Position numbers and translations under genes: made by a program. From a virus, in IMG/VR virus record IMGVR_UViG_3300036781_000838, positions 31,135 to 95,134 of that record: a stretch of DNA of 64,000 nucleotides; one strand, written 5' to 3'. Positions 23,401-30,969 of this stretch are shown here, piece by piece; position 1 is the stretch's first letter, and every line of letters begins with the position of its first letter. Under the pieces are notes generated by a model. The model did no database searches. It was not told where the DNA came from and was given only the letters and a program-made list of their open reading frames with translations.

Positions 23401-25055
23401 TGAACAAGGCCAACGATACTGAATTGGTTAAAGAAATGGTCATCTTTAAGGTGGCAGATCCCTATTTCCAGAAGGCGTTTGATACCCCCAAAAGTCTATA
23501 TCAACTCGGTCAACCTGATTCTAATGGCAAATGGAGAACCAGAAAGGAGTATTTCAAGCTTAAGGAGGAGTTGTTGTCAAAAGTTAACCGGTACCGTGGG
23601 GCAGTAGAAAAATATGCGGAGACGGATTTAAGGAATAATATTCAAACTCAGAACAAGGCCGGTTATCGGTTAACAAAAGAGGATGCGCTAAAACAGTTGG
23701 CCTTACTATACGATTACCTGGATTACCAGCAACAAGCAGGCTACCTGAGTAATTTTATCAATGCCATATCATATGATACTGCTAAGACAAAAAACATCAT
23801 TGAGAACAGGATACAGGATTCTACACTACAGTCTGCTTACAACGATAATTTTGTCACCCGGGATAGTATCAACCGCGTGTTCAGTACAACTTTCTTAGGG
23901 GCTGTCAAAGACCAGAAGCAGGATATAGCCAATATGTTCAAGGACTTTTTTGTAAGTCTCCATCCCAATGCACAACCAGCGTTTGAAAAGGTTATTGACT
24001 TAATTAATAACCCGGCCCTCAATATGACCAAAGATAAGAAAGCCGAAGTGCTGAACCGGTACCAAAACTTCTTTATCACCTCCCTGTTGCATACCGTTAA
24101 ATTCAAGGCTGGGACCGATGAAAGGTCCCTCAATGAATGGTATGGTATGTTCTTTGGCGATCGCTCCCTTCCAAAGCAGCTAAAGGAGTTCCAGGATAAC
24201 CCGCGATATAAGAACAACCTTGCCCTAAAACAACTTTTCCCCCTTATCAATAGCGACAAGAATGCTACTGATAATATTAAGCTATTTAATAATAGACTAT
24301 CCAGTTATGAGATCAATGTAATCTCTGAAGCATTAATGAATTTAAAGCAACAGGCGGAAGCAGAAAATAATGCGGAACTGGGAAAATTTGTAGGAAGACT
24401 TGGGGTGTTTTCCATCTTACAATCGGGAGTTCAGGCCAGCCCTATCACATACACGAAGATTTTACCCATCGAAATATACTCAAAAACGGTGGGAGATATC
24501 CTGGATCGGTTTACCGGGCAGGATATAGATAACCTGGACCCTACGCTAATGTGGAAACAGTTCTTCCAGAACAATTGGTACAATAGTCAATTGGTTCCAC
24601 GAGTTAAAAAGTTCTCTCATGAACGCAACGGTCTGATTTCTATCTCAGGAAATTTTAGGACTGCCAATTATGATTACGTGTCTACCCGGGAACTGAAGCC
24701 AGAATATGCAGGGAAAGTAAATGAGAAAAGAGAAGACCTGGTCAAACAAAAACGTTGGGATGATTTATACAATTATGGGCTTTTTGAGCGGATCCCGATA
24801 AAAGATGAAAACGGGAGTGATTTAACCGATGATCAGCCGGTAGTCTATTATAGACCAATTAACCGCCTGGGTAACAGGATGAGTATGACAGAAACTTACG
24901 GACTAAATAAAGAGTCAATACTTCCCAAAAATGAGCCCTTCGATGAGAGCCAGTATGAGGAAGCGGTTGAACAAATTCAAAATAAGACCACAGATACCAA
25001 TAAACCAAAGGACGAACAAGAGGATATGCCTTGCGAAGGCGGCACACCTTTTTAA
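11487..25055 (+). CDS. Giant virion-associated DNA-dependent RNA polymerase (crAss-like, two-barrel type)
   Basis: GFRIPTQG...GKSGSDFDIDKL (DFDID at 22683-22697), the crAss-type variant of the DxDGD loop; NEPDGQAY motif; zincin-like GYHEAFE at 18252-18266; GTG start. Confidence 0.88.
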   Translation: MPDFHSLYNPDLSSAPVQIAPPDLHPVQDPFQGYNPDNGINHVDAALSTLDKNLFKPTTDRILQPVGYDADALNADRYRKSDYFGQLGFNPFSNNEERYGDRQSNFNKLGSAFGGAWQLIKNQFVEQAGSWGDTLNFFKDNKSAFEESDFDEINKHQRELFTDHAIFETAAQRDSIWNFNTIANTIQQSGYAVGAISEIAAEELALSLLTAATFGGTSELQVARSAKLAASVGGVLRKTEQLGEALNTASRLRKVFETVNKVNPLLDNTLEFAANLKNISRAENIAAGGSKLGNLRTAARGFGAFYRDVREFNAAVAEAKSEAASSYQDLKSVLTTQYKKDHDGNDPVGTDAQKIQDTAMGAAQTNGVSNTYLIMLSNKIGMGNIMGGFKGLKDLEESAESGILRFSEKQAAKTGVKLADAASNKWLAFKQNLLRTPFSYLKTNLDEALQENLQDVSHDAIQNYYQAKYNDNKGEPVKSIADYITAAAANQFHVQGAKTFISGFLTGAIIGPGEYAIEKSGNIKQYLTDKTGYQQRQAEVKQSRNEIIDAGNKIWKNPLNFDYKTGDVTLQANFNTILKQAAQTNNKEAFYDIKDDALRHFILTGIRSGALDSFNNRLKSYTKNLSPEEFTTAFGIEYNEKNQGAVVNQVNAFGERASEIKELHENISADLKNPFNPFRFTPGERIIGNPQYVKEALSYKAWNDAVDNYVFTKSYYQDTIRGQANILSSFRNKAGFKDANFNDIYLLTSKEHLNAEIDNLQKEVKNLQPDKGDAGARTLNTQKRDRLAVLEKYKGHLEKWSESFDKHSTLPVGDQRTNAFNESFDAFKQQTAPLFGEFINNELKATDKAQISKDNVLKGFDSLHNYMKLQKQSGIILDKVNLLADPGNFSKFFAEHDKAIKGAYDFSTAVQEATGPADTATVHFKDEKGNDQSHTFTVGETYVGKMSQLEKYRGKGKTATQFNNDKIKIAAISADGKTISIALNGEPAVDMDAEEVAKLARDHNWKEYSKLSPIQQTYLSLRNKIITYRLLQRDSKGLPVKDAKGQYVPQDVKGRVKLNEKKDGLLFAYGNNTIEFNPKYVVNQQDLSELPTVQQQALKEQQDRIQRNFKAQVSIFEEAFKDTESKLEEQKALTRANQEEFTKTTEDLGDLKAHLDLVIGELEKNPYKGIGRRSNENKALTELKELLSKQIGEKNLYLQRLTQEQEVLQQSYETLKKANDLYAQAFFELQENETPFDKGNQQNIYDSTQGDLTEAAGEQVNKRLSDEQIDALIEDTRAEVELIQERIVVVHDLVTTAEKALRKIEKFDDIIKAVSEITDKRQLITYLSTLKGQSDDPEKRSILSALIKGLNKGDLGFEAQFILEKAAILKDSRKELADLLENAAQVQDKYDRLTLAREQRAKINILQQRVNYLKQVQDAISTGYGKIVAKQSLTRQAHLTKAKTAGIAQELHDFGDIMSTSPVIVSTESPFFDDIHKPRLDQVGLFKTADRHYLKDTDPEPTSPQAARFFKFSENVTPNGAYYFQVVHEGNDAYGIRVPGIYKDDIKVIVVKKDGIVYKPVGVDGIYLDAPHKDNLVYTSIHGNEQLLDKSPTEALTWVKENFATKSMTDEDIINKINEFKTFRQVIKDKIAHGQPVYLTITDKSIGIQSREPLDVNTKRPQELPLEGRLIAPDNSDWVHIKHPDGTPIHLEVSTTGSVLNKKVKAGRIALVKDDGSIFQVYNRQLNGAEKANIIGIIKMIAPLMGRRYLDKERLAEIDSLAKAGKISPDQAIHLSNPLTESEQDRFDKAINYLMGVVYWRQAKEGETVGKDQFRVAKGMLYRGEMAVAFNPEEIEKNKDALMEGLYHQVNNKKVGDTANVFYEMTVREEQVAEKKWDNYPHYLLDGSAGRVPPIYTNVKPFVSKTDVSSTQLRSVYLTYGFNAEFTAAPVENSKSDQNSGETRVFTDPLAIPKEQGAQIAFVRKKIDKTTDLNVIAQWDGTRFKVVKLIDQNGQDFSDRKDIIEKNEDYINATISSLETNINIPDAYDAELNSFKTVYHRIETYNGQPTQPGGSPGIASEATTGTSGSARKKDILDRVLSVADTPENYHIWSNTRDGQDRHLLGEQIQFAINQLLSVDPAKLTKEGIADYLKNIKAFQSKDILEKVTGILLNQQLEEASTDTSGNTYSQAQIDTLIQQAVTTGITDIIDENARLALTDDPKVKEDIEAFKAWMKERLPQVPVHKVLHLINGRNWGQFIKGAIQIFQNAEQGTGYHEAFEAVWNAYLTTEEQQDLAGEFRERVGAFTNPFSKATKSHTEASMYDVREMLAEEFKDYVAKDQPIVRPNSPVRNTIFRRLWNFIKRMLGLTVNDNQAFNSKINHLFNKIDTGDYADAIPITTSSEPSYRALEGNTVEFTQAVMEGVSAIFFSKLYASQNNIEALFSKGSNAKLFNELYEGTRGTLEQYFNAPINSIVKVLTEKGITHDKIAAEVLKYTNGSDYRQKKSVLDRFNGEVLTEFKKFIGQFGLQFKEVNNEEGVNDERGEDNINEIEDKEQTATNALGIRESIYVDPRNMTKSTVRLLIASLTADEYKPNSNQVQIKKNGLGLPTLEDYGRKINILLNELHGVVPVYEKGKRVEAIDLMFRKLDERFKNTDGRFKKGFEWIQKLKSRLKFELNGQKLSFEHLTEDEIRLLIAFESSFTNNKNLPFKILIGEGGYLTAVDPVVVTNAAKVKEHWQNSLKSTSRQLKSNEDLAKAPLTYIGADGKIMFNTRSESMVRLLSASTNQTKLDGLKKMGINFTQSDAELLNSPDITKAIAESFNGISYAFREGLISGFDDLFGKQVVNGPISSLLAIELDATAEDNILSHQNAAGKQQFSITLPSAVSNTINSLKGVDNISDFILSNPQYGSVSANGEILLNPYQANSQLLKTDGILFDKNGKKKRDIDYQFILGMSLLTDNEGDNTDDLKYPDKIVQEIYHLLNGTYYTVINSDKSSEFGLNMGHFISWQDIKKPIGDNLFITGAYKNAMVDEIKAALFEAHNPAGIQYYSDGVTSMGHFRDILNFIPKENKSNKYSLLQKDFISRVMMGKESPEDFVNRSQVEALLTDYLKNQVDTHKKYLVDLGIVNEEPVSAGITNYSTNAFSQEQLDKLGVGDARKMSEVEYTNLVKFMTINRQIGVFEQHKLLYGHPALYKDLAKRSNGINSQKELMTENRQILTWMDKHMGRLDGKIRGDQEASTIRFVSYKDPVVISLYHKDIAKGMYDSLIKELPKHTVEQLIGATFDDKGAVGTVEGGKGTYIDAYINANEPDGQAYVMMDFFRDMLFQSGKLSKEQSALWEYERAVEINDRSNPKSDYYKEYTKQDIDQARALLQGEKPNGVLQTLKPQGFGYQTTEGITHTTFLKHSVFPLTWTRVRDQPNMAKLYISSQGNKIDVIGFESGEKVGNVLQNGGFVQLYGEDGTFNSDQLPIQEMYSKYYGIQVEMAAKTKEKVVMGTQMRKLILSNLPEELRPVADQYFKVLEDLMALDKKSLLHEVGLTRLPDGSYQTDNLEGLVNTLRQEAISRELPDNVIDMLSAVKTEAGDRLAYKFDANPIREKIDNILNAIVDSRVISQKMFGKASVQVASTLWEKNPRSFMYLKEGIWTSTEGIEKGSLTAEEQKSVRMISSDLKFYTREEPWMEVLLPHYFEGMLPTDINLADIDPRLLAAIGFRIPTQGMNSIDNIRIKGFLDPSMGDVVVVPSEIVGKSGSDFDIDKLNIYLPNYTIETVNGKKSIKYVDPAGSTKEALQNRLIQLMGQILSHPDNYRQLIVPNGAETLKGLADEIRRLKGLDKEGAGLTRLSEWKTMVETRERYISGKKLVGIGALQITSHTVSQLAGIQLTGTYKARDGQELPIKIKFDHNSEAGKFYLTAVMDKGNQYISELLSEALTGFVDAAKDPFIFDLNLNLQTAATWFYLQKLGVPVKELAYLHTQPLIEQYFAEQGKNESYVNKANDTELVKEMVIFKVADPYFQKAFDTPKSLYQLGQPDSNGKWRTRKEYFKLKEELLSKVNRYRGAVEKYAETDLRNNIQTQNKAGYRLTKEDALKQLALLYDYLDYQQQAGYLSNFINAISYDTAKTKNIIENRIQDSTLQSAYNDNFVTRDSINRVFSTTFLGAVKDQKQDIANMFKDFFVSLHPNAQPAFEKVIDLINNPALNMTKDKKAEVLNRYQNFFITSLLHTVKFKAGTDERSLNEWYGMFFGDRSLPKQLKEFQDNPRYKNNLALKQLFPLINSDKNATDNIKLFNNRLSSYEINVISEALMNLKQQAEAENNAELGKFVGRLGVFSILQSGVQASPITYTKILPIEIYSKTVGDILDRFTGQDIDNLDPTLMWKQFFQNNWYNSQLVPRVKKFSHERNGLISISGNFRTANYDYVSTRELKPEYAGKVNEKREDLVKQKRWDDLYNYGLFERIPIKDENGSDLTDDQPVVYYRPINRLGNRMSMTETYGLNKESILPKNEPFDESQYEEAVEQIQNKTTDTNKPKDEQEDMPCEGGTPF

Positions 25056-25064
25056 TACCAACCT

Positions 25065-28000
25065 ATGAATTGCACAACGCTCCCCCACAAAGAATCAAGT
25101 TTAAACGCCCGGGAATCACTTTTAAGCAAAAAAGCTATTGATGAAGATGGCCGGATTATATCAGAAGAGAGATTTCACGACACCGTTGATGAGATAACGA
25201 CCCAGGCCAGGAAATCCTACCAGGTCGACCGGGGACCTCTTTTTGCCCGCGTTGAAGTTACTCCTTCATTTGGTGGCAAATATTTCAAAGCAGAACCGAA
25301 TGAACTTGCTTTTAATGATATTGACGAAGCCCGTAAAAAATTGGCAATCTATGATTCGCAGGAATCTATTGGATCATTTCGGCAGCCCAGTTCCCGGGAC
25401 AAAGAAGTGGTTAGTATTGAAGATAAGGTCAACCATTTTCTTTCTTCTATAGGTGTATCCGTTGAAAAAGTGGATCAATTAACGGATGCAGCAGGAAATA
25501 AGCTCGATGCTGTTGCTAAGGCAAGTATGCTAAATAAGATCATCCAGGTTGTTGACGGTAAGGCAGATATGACCACCCTGCCGGAAGAAGCAGCTCACTT
25601 TTTTGTATCGCTACTAGGGGAGGAAAATGCCTTGTACAAGGCTATGTTCAAAGATATCCCGACGTATAGACTTTACAGTGGTGTAGTTCAGCAATATAAA
25701 GGTAATAAGTTGTATCGGCGCAGTGATGGTACCCTCAATTTTGATATGATAAAAAAGGAGGCTATTGGTAAACTGATAGCTGAACATATTCTTGTACAAG
25801 GGGTCGGCGACGAATACACAGAATCGATAGCAAAGGCCCAAAAATGGTGGGAGAAAGTGTGGGACTATATTACTAAGATATTTGCTCAAAGTAAGGTTAA
25901 CCCCTTTCAGGAGTCGGCGAAAAGAATCCTGGCAAATCAAGTTCAGGGCCTCAAGAATATCCATGAGCTGGACTCCACCGATGAGTTTTTACAGGTTGAC
26001 AATGTTTACAGTCGAATTAAAGCAGACCAACAGCGCATACACCTTGATAATTCTGTAGATCCCCGAACAGGAGAGAAACGTCATCAATATACCGTAGATG
26101 GCAAAAATGTCAGGGGTTCAGTTACCGAACTGTTGGTAGATAAATGGTATAAAGCCAGGTTCCCTACAGACAACAGAACTGAGCGCCAAAAGAACATCGA
26201 TAGTCTGAAGGCGCAGGAAGGAGATAAGGTCCACGCTGATGCCCAAAATATCATTGAACGCTACATCGATGCGAACACCGGTGAACTGCTCACGGTGCCC
26301 AGGCCAGTATCCACCATATCAACCAACCAGAGTATTTACACCAAGCTGGAGTCTTATATCGGGGAGCTTTTAAGGTCTTATCCGGCTGCAACCAAATTTA
26401 TGGCTGAGGTCCGGATCCATGATGCGAAACGGAATATGCCCGGGAGCATCGATTTGCTGGTGTTAACACCAGATGGTGCTGCTGATATTTACGACTGGAA
26501 ATCACAAGAGGTAGCAAAGGACCAGACTGATTTAAAATGGTTCAAAGAGCCTGCTTACCGGATACAGTTAGAGGCATACCGTAAAATCCTTACCCAAGAG
26601 TATGGTATAACCAGGTTCAACAAGGTCCGGGCGATCCCTATAAAGACAAATTTTATCTACAAAAAAGAACAGGGCACTTACACTCCCAAAACACTCGCTG
26701 ATATCGAGGTAGGATCGATCTACCCCGGGCAAATCCCGGAGGATAAGGCATATCTACTACCTGTGGTCGCCCAGGATGAAAAGACGGGAGATGATAAATT
26801 GGATAAATTGATTACCCAGCTAAATACAGTCCTTGAAAAAATATCTCAGCAGCATTTTGACCGGGATAAGCGCTATCTGAAGGCGGAGGAACTGAATAAA
26901 ATCAGGAAGGCGATCCGCGATCTCCAGGTGCGGCAGGATATAGGGACTTTCGTAGAAAACGGCTTGGCTGAGGTAATGAAATACCAGGACAAGCTGGATA
27001 ATGATACCGTTACCAAAAGTGATGTGCTTGATTCTATTGATATTCTTTCCGTTTATGCGCAGGCGCAGTTGCTTTTACGAGAACAACTCAAGAACCTTCG
27101 GAAGAAAATTGGTGCCGAAACAGATCCGGTGGCCAAAGGCGAGTTGGAGACACTACAGTCGGATTTCTTAAAAATGAGCGCCAATAGCAAGGATGTGCTA
27201 TTTAATATGGAGGAAAAACTGAAAGAAATCGGGGTTCAGATTGCTGAAAAAGAAGGAATATCCAACCTGCTGACGGCGGAAAAGAGCATGGACCGGATGA
27301 AAACCTTGTTCAGGTCTATTTCTACCCTTCCGACACGCTCTATCCAGACCTTTTATAAACTATTGTCTACCTCCCAGTCTAAACGAGATTTTCAAATTGA
27401 CGACCTGAATGAGAAATTGCATCATATAAAGGAGAATGTTGAGAAATGGTCGGCAAGCAAGGGGATTAGCAGGGAAAATATGTTTGACGATATTTTGAAA
27501 ATTAATGCTGATGGTAACTGGACCGGTGACTTCCTGGATAAATTCTCCAAAGATTATTTTGTCACCAAGAATGAAGCCATTAAAACGGGGGATATCAAGT
27601 GGATTTCCGATAACACCACTTTTGACAGGGAACGGTATGAAAAGGACCTGGCCAGTTATAAAGCAGTGATTGAAACGGTAGCTTATAGCCCCGATCCAGT
27701 AAAAAATAAAGAGCGCCAGGATAAGGCGCTGGCTGCGTGGATCAACGCACGGGATGTGGATACATCCGACTTTGCCAAGCTGAATAAGAAAAACTATTAT
27801 CTGAAGCCAAAGGAGCAATGGTACAGCAATAAATGGAGCAACCTGCTCAAGGAGGAAAACAAACCCCTGAAAGAAGCCTTTGACTACTTTCAGTTGCTTA
27901 AATCTTTCTCAGATAAGTTGGGGATGATAGATTTTGAAAATGGCTTCATCCCATCAATTCGCCAGGATAAACTGGAGCTGGCTGTATTCGCCGGGCTGAG

Positions 28001-29846
28001 TAACCTATTTAATAAAAAAGGACTATTTGAGACTTTGAAGGTCGATGCTGACAAAGCCTTTGGAGAGATCGATCCTATTACCGGGGAATTAGTAAAGAAG
28101 ATTCCGGTCAATTTCTTGCATGATTTGGGCGTAAAGAAAGCAGATGGTACCATTGACTACTCGCTTAAATCCAAGGACTTATTCAAGGTTTTCAGTATAT
28201 GGGGCAATCATATGTATAACTATGAAGCGATGCAGTCCATTAAAGACTCCGCTGAAATTCTCGTTGCCGTCGAAAGGTCTAAAAAAAGCCTGGTAACCAA
28301 TGTGTTTGGCAATGTCACCGAGGAGCGCAAAGAAAAAGAGGGCAACCAAACCAATGCGGAGGTCCTGGAGAATTTTGTCAAATACTATGTCTATGGACAA
28401 AAAATTGGCGATAATGCTGATTATGCTATTAAGATAGGGGGTAAGGAATATTCCGCTACAAAAACGGGTAGAGCAGTGCTCAGCTTCTTATCCCTCAAAA
28501 CACTGGCGCTAAACGTGCTCTCAGGGACCTCAACATTCGTTGGTGGATCCGGTAACGCCTTTTTCCAGGCATCTAAGAGAGAACACTTTACTGAAGGGGA
28601 TTGGGCCAGGGGATTGAGAGATTTTACGAGTCGAGATCCAAAGGCTATGGCAGCTTTAGACTATTTTGATGTAAACCTGGAGGATGAGAAACAGCACCAT
28701 TCCAACCAGCTTTCCATCAATGACGCCGTTAAGCATGTCACTTTGGATAAACTGTTTTTTATACAAAAGAATGGTGATAAAGCGGTACAATACCCAGTGG
28801 CGCTTACTATGATGCGTACTCATATGGTCGAAGGTGGTAAAATAGTTGATATCAACGCTTTCGTGAAAAATAAATATGATTACGAGAATTCCTTTTACTC
28901 CCTGCCGACGTCTGAACGAAAAGCGCTACAATCCAAAATAGATACGGAGGTAAAGGAGTTAAAAGCTACCAGATCGTTGCAAGCCACTGCCGAGGTAAAG
29001 GATAAGAAACTGATCATTCCAGGCATTGACCGGAAAAGCCAGGAAGTGTATGACTTCAGAAATAAGATCAAAAAGGTCAACAAAAATATTATTGGTAACG
29101 CCTCCCATGACGATATCAACCAGATCCGAATTGGGATTTTGGGGCAAGTCTTGATGCAGTTCCGGTCCTGGATGCCCCAGATGGTCACGGATCGGTTCGG
29201 GGATATGTCCTACGATATGGACCTTGAATCATATCAGTACGGCAAAGGGCGTCTTTTCTTGAAGCACCTGTTCAGTAGTAAGATATTTCCGCTCATAGGA
29301 GAAATGGTTACTGGCTTTGGCGCCAATACTATTACCCGGGCTAAACAGCGGTATGTGGAATTTAAAGGTCGAATGGCTGCGCAGGGTGAGGAATTCCATA
29401 TGACAGAGGCCCAGTTTATAGATATGTACCTGGGTAATCTCAGGTCTCAGCTCAGAGAGATGGCGGTGTTATCGTCCTTCTTAGCGGTCGCATTCTGGGC
29501 GAAACCCGGCTCAAGCGACCGGGATAAGTCAGGGATGAGGAAGTTCATCGCCAGGGCCATGGATAAATATCAGAACGAATTTAGCTTCTATTATTCGCCT
29601 TCAGAGTTCACACAAATGCTAAAAAACCCCATCCCCTTAGTGGGGCTATTGACCGATTTTGAGAAATTCGGGACCCAGACTATTGGGCAAATCTATGGAT
29701 TTGCGCTACAGGATGACGTCATCATGGAAAAAAATCACCCTTTCAAGTACTTGGGTAAAATAATGCCTATCACCAAAGAGGCAATCAGTACCTATGGACT
29801 TTTTGATGACGATTTTCGGAAAAGTTGGGGCTTGCAGAATAGGTAA
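25065..29846 (+). CDS. Large ejection/RNAP-associated protein with PD-(D/E)xK nuclease domain
   Basis: GSIDLL...IYDWKS...YRIQLEAY (core at about 26440-26580); degenerate zincin-like LPEEAAH at 25584-25598; hydrophobic helices near the C-terminus. Confidence 0.7.
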   Translation: MNCTTLPHKESSLNARESLLSKKAIDEDGRIISEERFHDTVDEITTQARKSYQVDRGPLFARVEVTPSFGGKYFKAEPNELAFNDIDEARKKLAIYDSQESIGSFRQPSSRDKEVVSIEDKVNHFLSSIGVSVEKVDQLTDAAGNKLDAVAKASMLNKIIQVVDGKADMTTLPEEAAHFFVSLLGEENALYKAMFKDIPTYRLYSGVVQQYKGNKLYRRSDGTLNFDMIKKEAIGKLIAEHILVQGVGDEYTESIAKAQKWWEKVWDYITKIFAQSKVNPFQESAKRILANQVQGLKNIHELDSTDEFLQVDNVYSRIKADQQRIHLDNSVDPRTGEKRHQYTVDGKNVRGSVTELLVDKWYKARFPTDNRTERQKNIDSLKAQEGDKVHADAQNIIERYIDANTGELLTVPRPVSTISTNQSIYTKLESYIGELLRSYPAATKFMAEVRIHDAKRNMPGSIDLLVLTPDGAADIYDWKSQEVAKDQTDLKWFKEPAYRIQLEAYRKILTQEYGITRFNKVRAIPIKTNFIYKKEQGTYTPKTLADIEVGSIYPGQIPEDKAYLLPVVAQDEKTGDDKLDKLITQLNTVLEKISQQHFDRDKRYLKAEELNKIRKAIRDLQVRQDIGTFVENGLAEVMKYQDKLDNDTVTKSDVLDSIDILSVYAQAQLLLREQLKNLRKKIGAETDPVAKGELETLQSDFLKMSANSKDVLFNMEEKLKEIGVQIAEKEGISNLLTAEKSMDRMKTLFRSISTLPTRSIQTFYKLLSTSQSKRDFQIDDLNEKLHHIKENVEKWSASKGISRENMFDDILKINADGNWTGDFLDKFSKDYFVTKNEAIKTGDIKWISDNTTFDRERYEKDLASYKAVIETVAYSPDPVKNKERQDKALAAWINARDVDTSDFAKLNKKNYYLKPKEQWYSNKWSNLLKEENKPLKEAFDYFQLLKSFSDKLGMIDFENGFIPSIRQDKLELAVFAGLSNLFNKKGLFETLKVDADKAFGEIDPITGELVKKIPVNFLHDLGVKKADGTIDYSLKSKDLFKVFSIWGNHMYNYEAMQSIKDSAEILVAVERSKKSLVTNVFGNVTEERKEKEGNQTNAEVLENFVKYYVYGQKIGDNADYAIKIGGKEYSATKTGRAVLSFLSLKTLALNVLSGTSTFVGGSGNAFFQASKREHFTEGDWARGLRDFTSRDPKAMAALDYFDVNLEDEKQHHSNQLSINDAVKHVTLDKLFFIQKNGDKAVQYPVALTMMRTHMVEGGKIVDINAFVKNKYDYENSFYSLPTSERKALQSKIDTEVKELKATRSLQATAEVKDKKLIIPGIDRKSQEVYDFRNKIKKVNKNIIGNASHDDINQIRIGILGQVLMQFRSWMPQMVTDRFGDMSYDMDLESYQYGKGRLFLKHLFSSKIFPLIGEMVTGFGANTITRAKQRYVEFKGRMAAQGEEFHMTEAQFIDMYLGNLRSQLREMAVLSSFLAVAFWAKPGSSDRDKSGMRKFIARAMDKYQNEFSFYYSPSEFTQMLKNPIPLVGLLTDFEKFGTQTIGQIYGFALQDDVIMEKNHPFKYLGKIMPITKEAISTYGLFDDDFRKSWGLQNR

Positions 29847-29956
29847 AATCGGTTAAGAGGGAATACGAGCTGGCTTATAAAAAAATAAATTACCTTTAAA
29901 GATCGACTCGGCACCTGATCAATATAATGGCGAAGAACATTATATAAATTATTAAC

Positions 29957-30919
29957 ATGCGAATAACGGGAATTCAACTAAAGAACTTCAAACGATTTAC
30001 AGATTTGACTATTGGTGCAATCCCTGAAAAAACTAAACTAGTTTTATTGATCGGGGCAAATGGTTCTGGGAAGTCCTCTATATTTGATGCGTTCGACAAC
30101 ATTACGAAGAGCTGTGTTGGTACCCTCGCTGATAATAGCGAGTATTATTCAAAAAACAATCAAGAATATTCGATTGCAATTTCATTTGATGATGGCAGCA
30201 CTCTCCGAACTGACTATATAGATAAAGAATGCGCGAAGAAAATAGAAAACTTTATAGGAAGAAGTAGCATCAGAATTGTTCCAAAAATTACTGATGCGGG
30301 TGATCTAGACACGATAAAATATGATTCAGACGCTCCGGCTACCTTTAGCGACGCTGACACTCGATTTGATAACGATCTCTTAATGTTCATACAACAGATA
30401 GATAACGCCTTACGAGCGCCTGTCTTTTCTGGAGAATCAGCTGATACTTTTAAAATTTTTACGGAATTCATTCGCCCCTTGAACGTTTCGCTGCTTAATA
30501 TTTTTGGGAACAACCTTTTGACCACTATTCAATTGATCGAATTCCGAAGTCCTACCATCCAATCGAAGGCTAAACTAATTTTTCTAAAAGGGGAATCCAA
30601 AATAAATTATGACCTTTTAAGTTATGGGGAAAAGCAGGTTATCATATTATTACTGAATTTTATAGTTCGTAAAGAACAGTATCAGGATGCAGTAATTTAT
30701 ATTGATGATATGGATTGTAATATAAATACTGTATTGCAATTCAGATTGTTCAATGAAATAATCAGCAGTTGGATCCCTGACACCTCCCAGCTATGGACAG
30801 CTTCACATGCTTCTGGTTTTATTGAGTTTGCCCTCCAGGAGGACGACGCTGTTATACTAGACCTGGGTCTTTTGAACTTTGACGAGTCACAGATAATTCT
30901 TCCAAGACCAAAATTCTGA
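29957..30919 (+). CDS. ABC/AAA ATPase (OLD/AAA_15/AAA_21-like)
   Basis: N-terminal LKNFKRF, Walker A GANGSGKSS, signature LSYGEKQ, Walker B IYIDD, H-loop ASH. Confidence 0.82.
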   Translation: MRITGIQLKNFKRFTDLTIGAIPEKTKLVLLIGANGSGKSSIFDAFDNITKSCVGTLADNSEYYSKNNQEYSIAISFDDGSTLRTDYIDKECAKKIENFIGRSSIRIVPKITDAGDLDTIKYDSDAPATFSDADTRFDNDLLMFIQQIDNALRAPVFSGESADTFKIFTEFIRPLNVSLLNIFGNNLLTTIQLIEFRSPTIQSKAKLIFLKGESKINYDLLSYGEKQVIILLLNFIVRKEQYQDAVIYIDDMDCNINTVLQFRLFNEIISSWIPDTSQLWTASHASGFIEFALQEDDAVILDLGLLNFDESQIILPRPKF

Positions 30920-30969
30920 AAGATAATTTTCAAAGTAGTTAAGGATTACAAAACAGATGGGCAGCTACT

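Noticed and set aside
557-29188. Many antisense and alternate-frame ORFs of 60-216 aa within the large genes
   Set aside because: Shadow ORFs with no motifs, fully nested in well-supported genes
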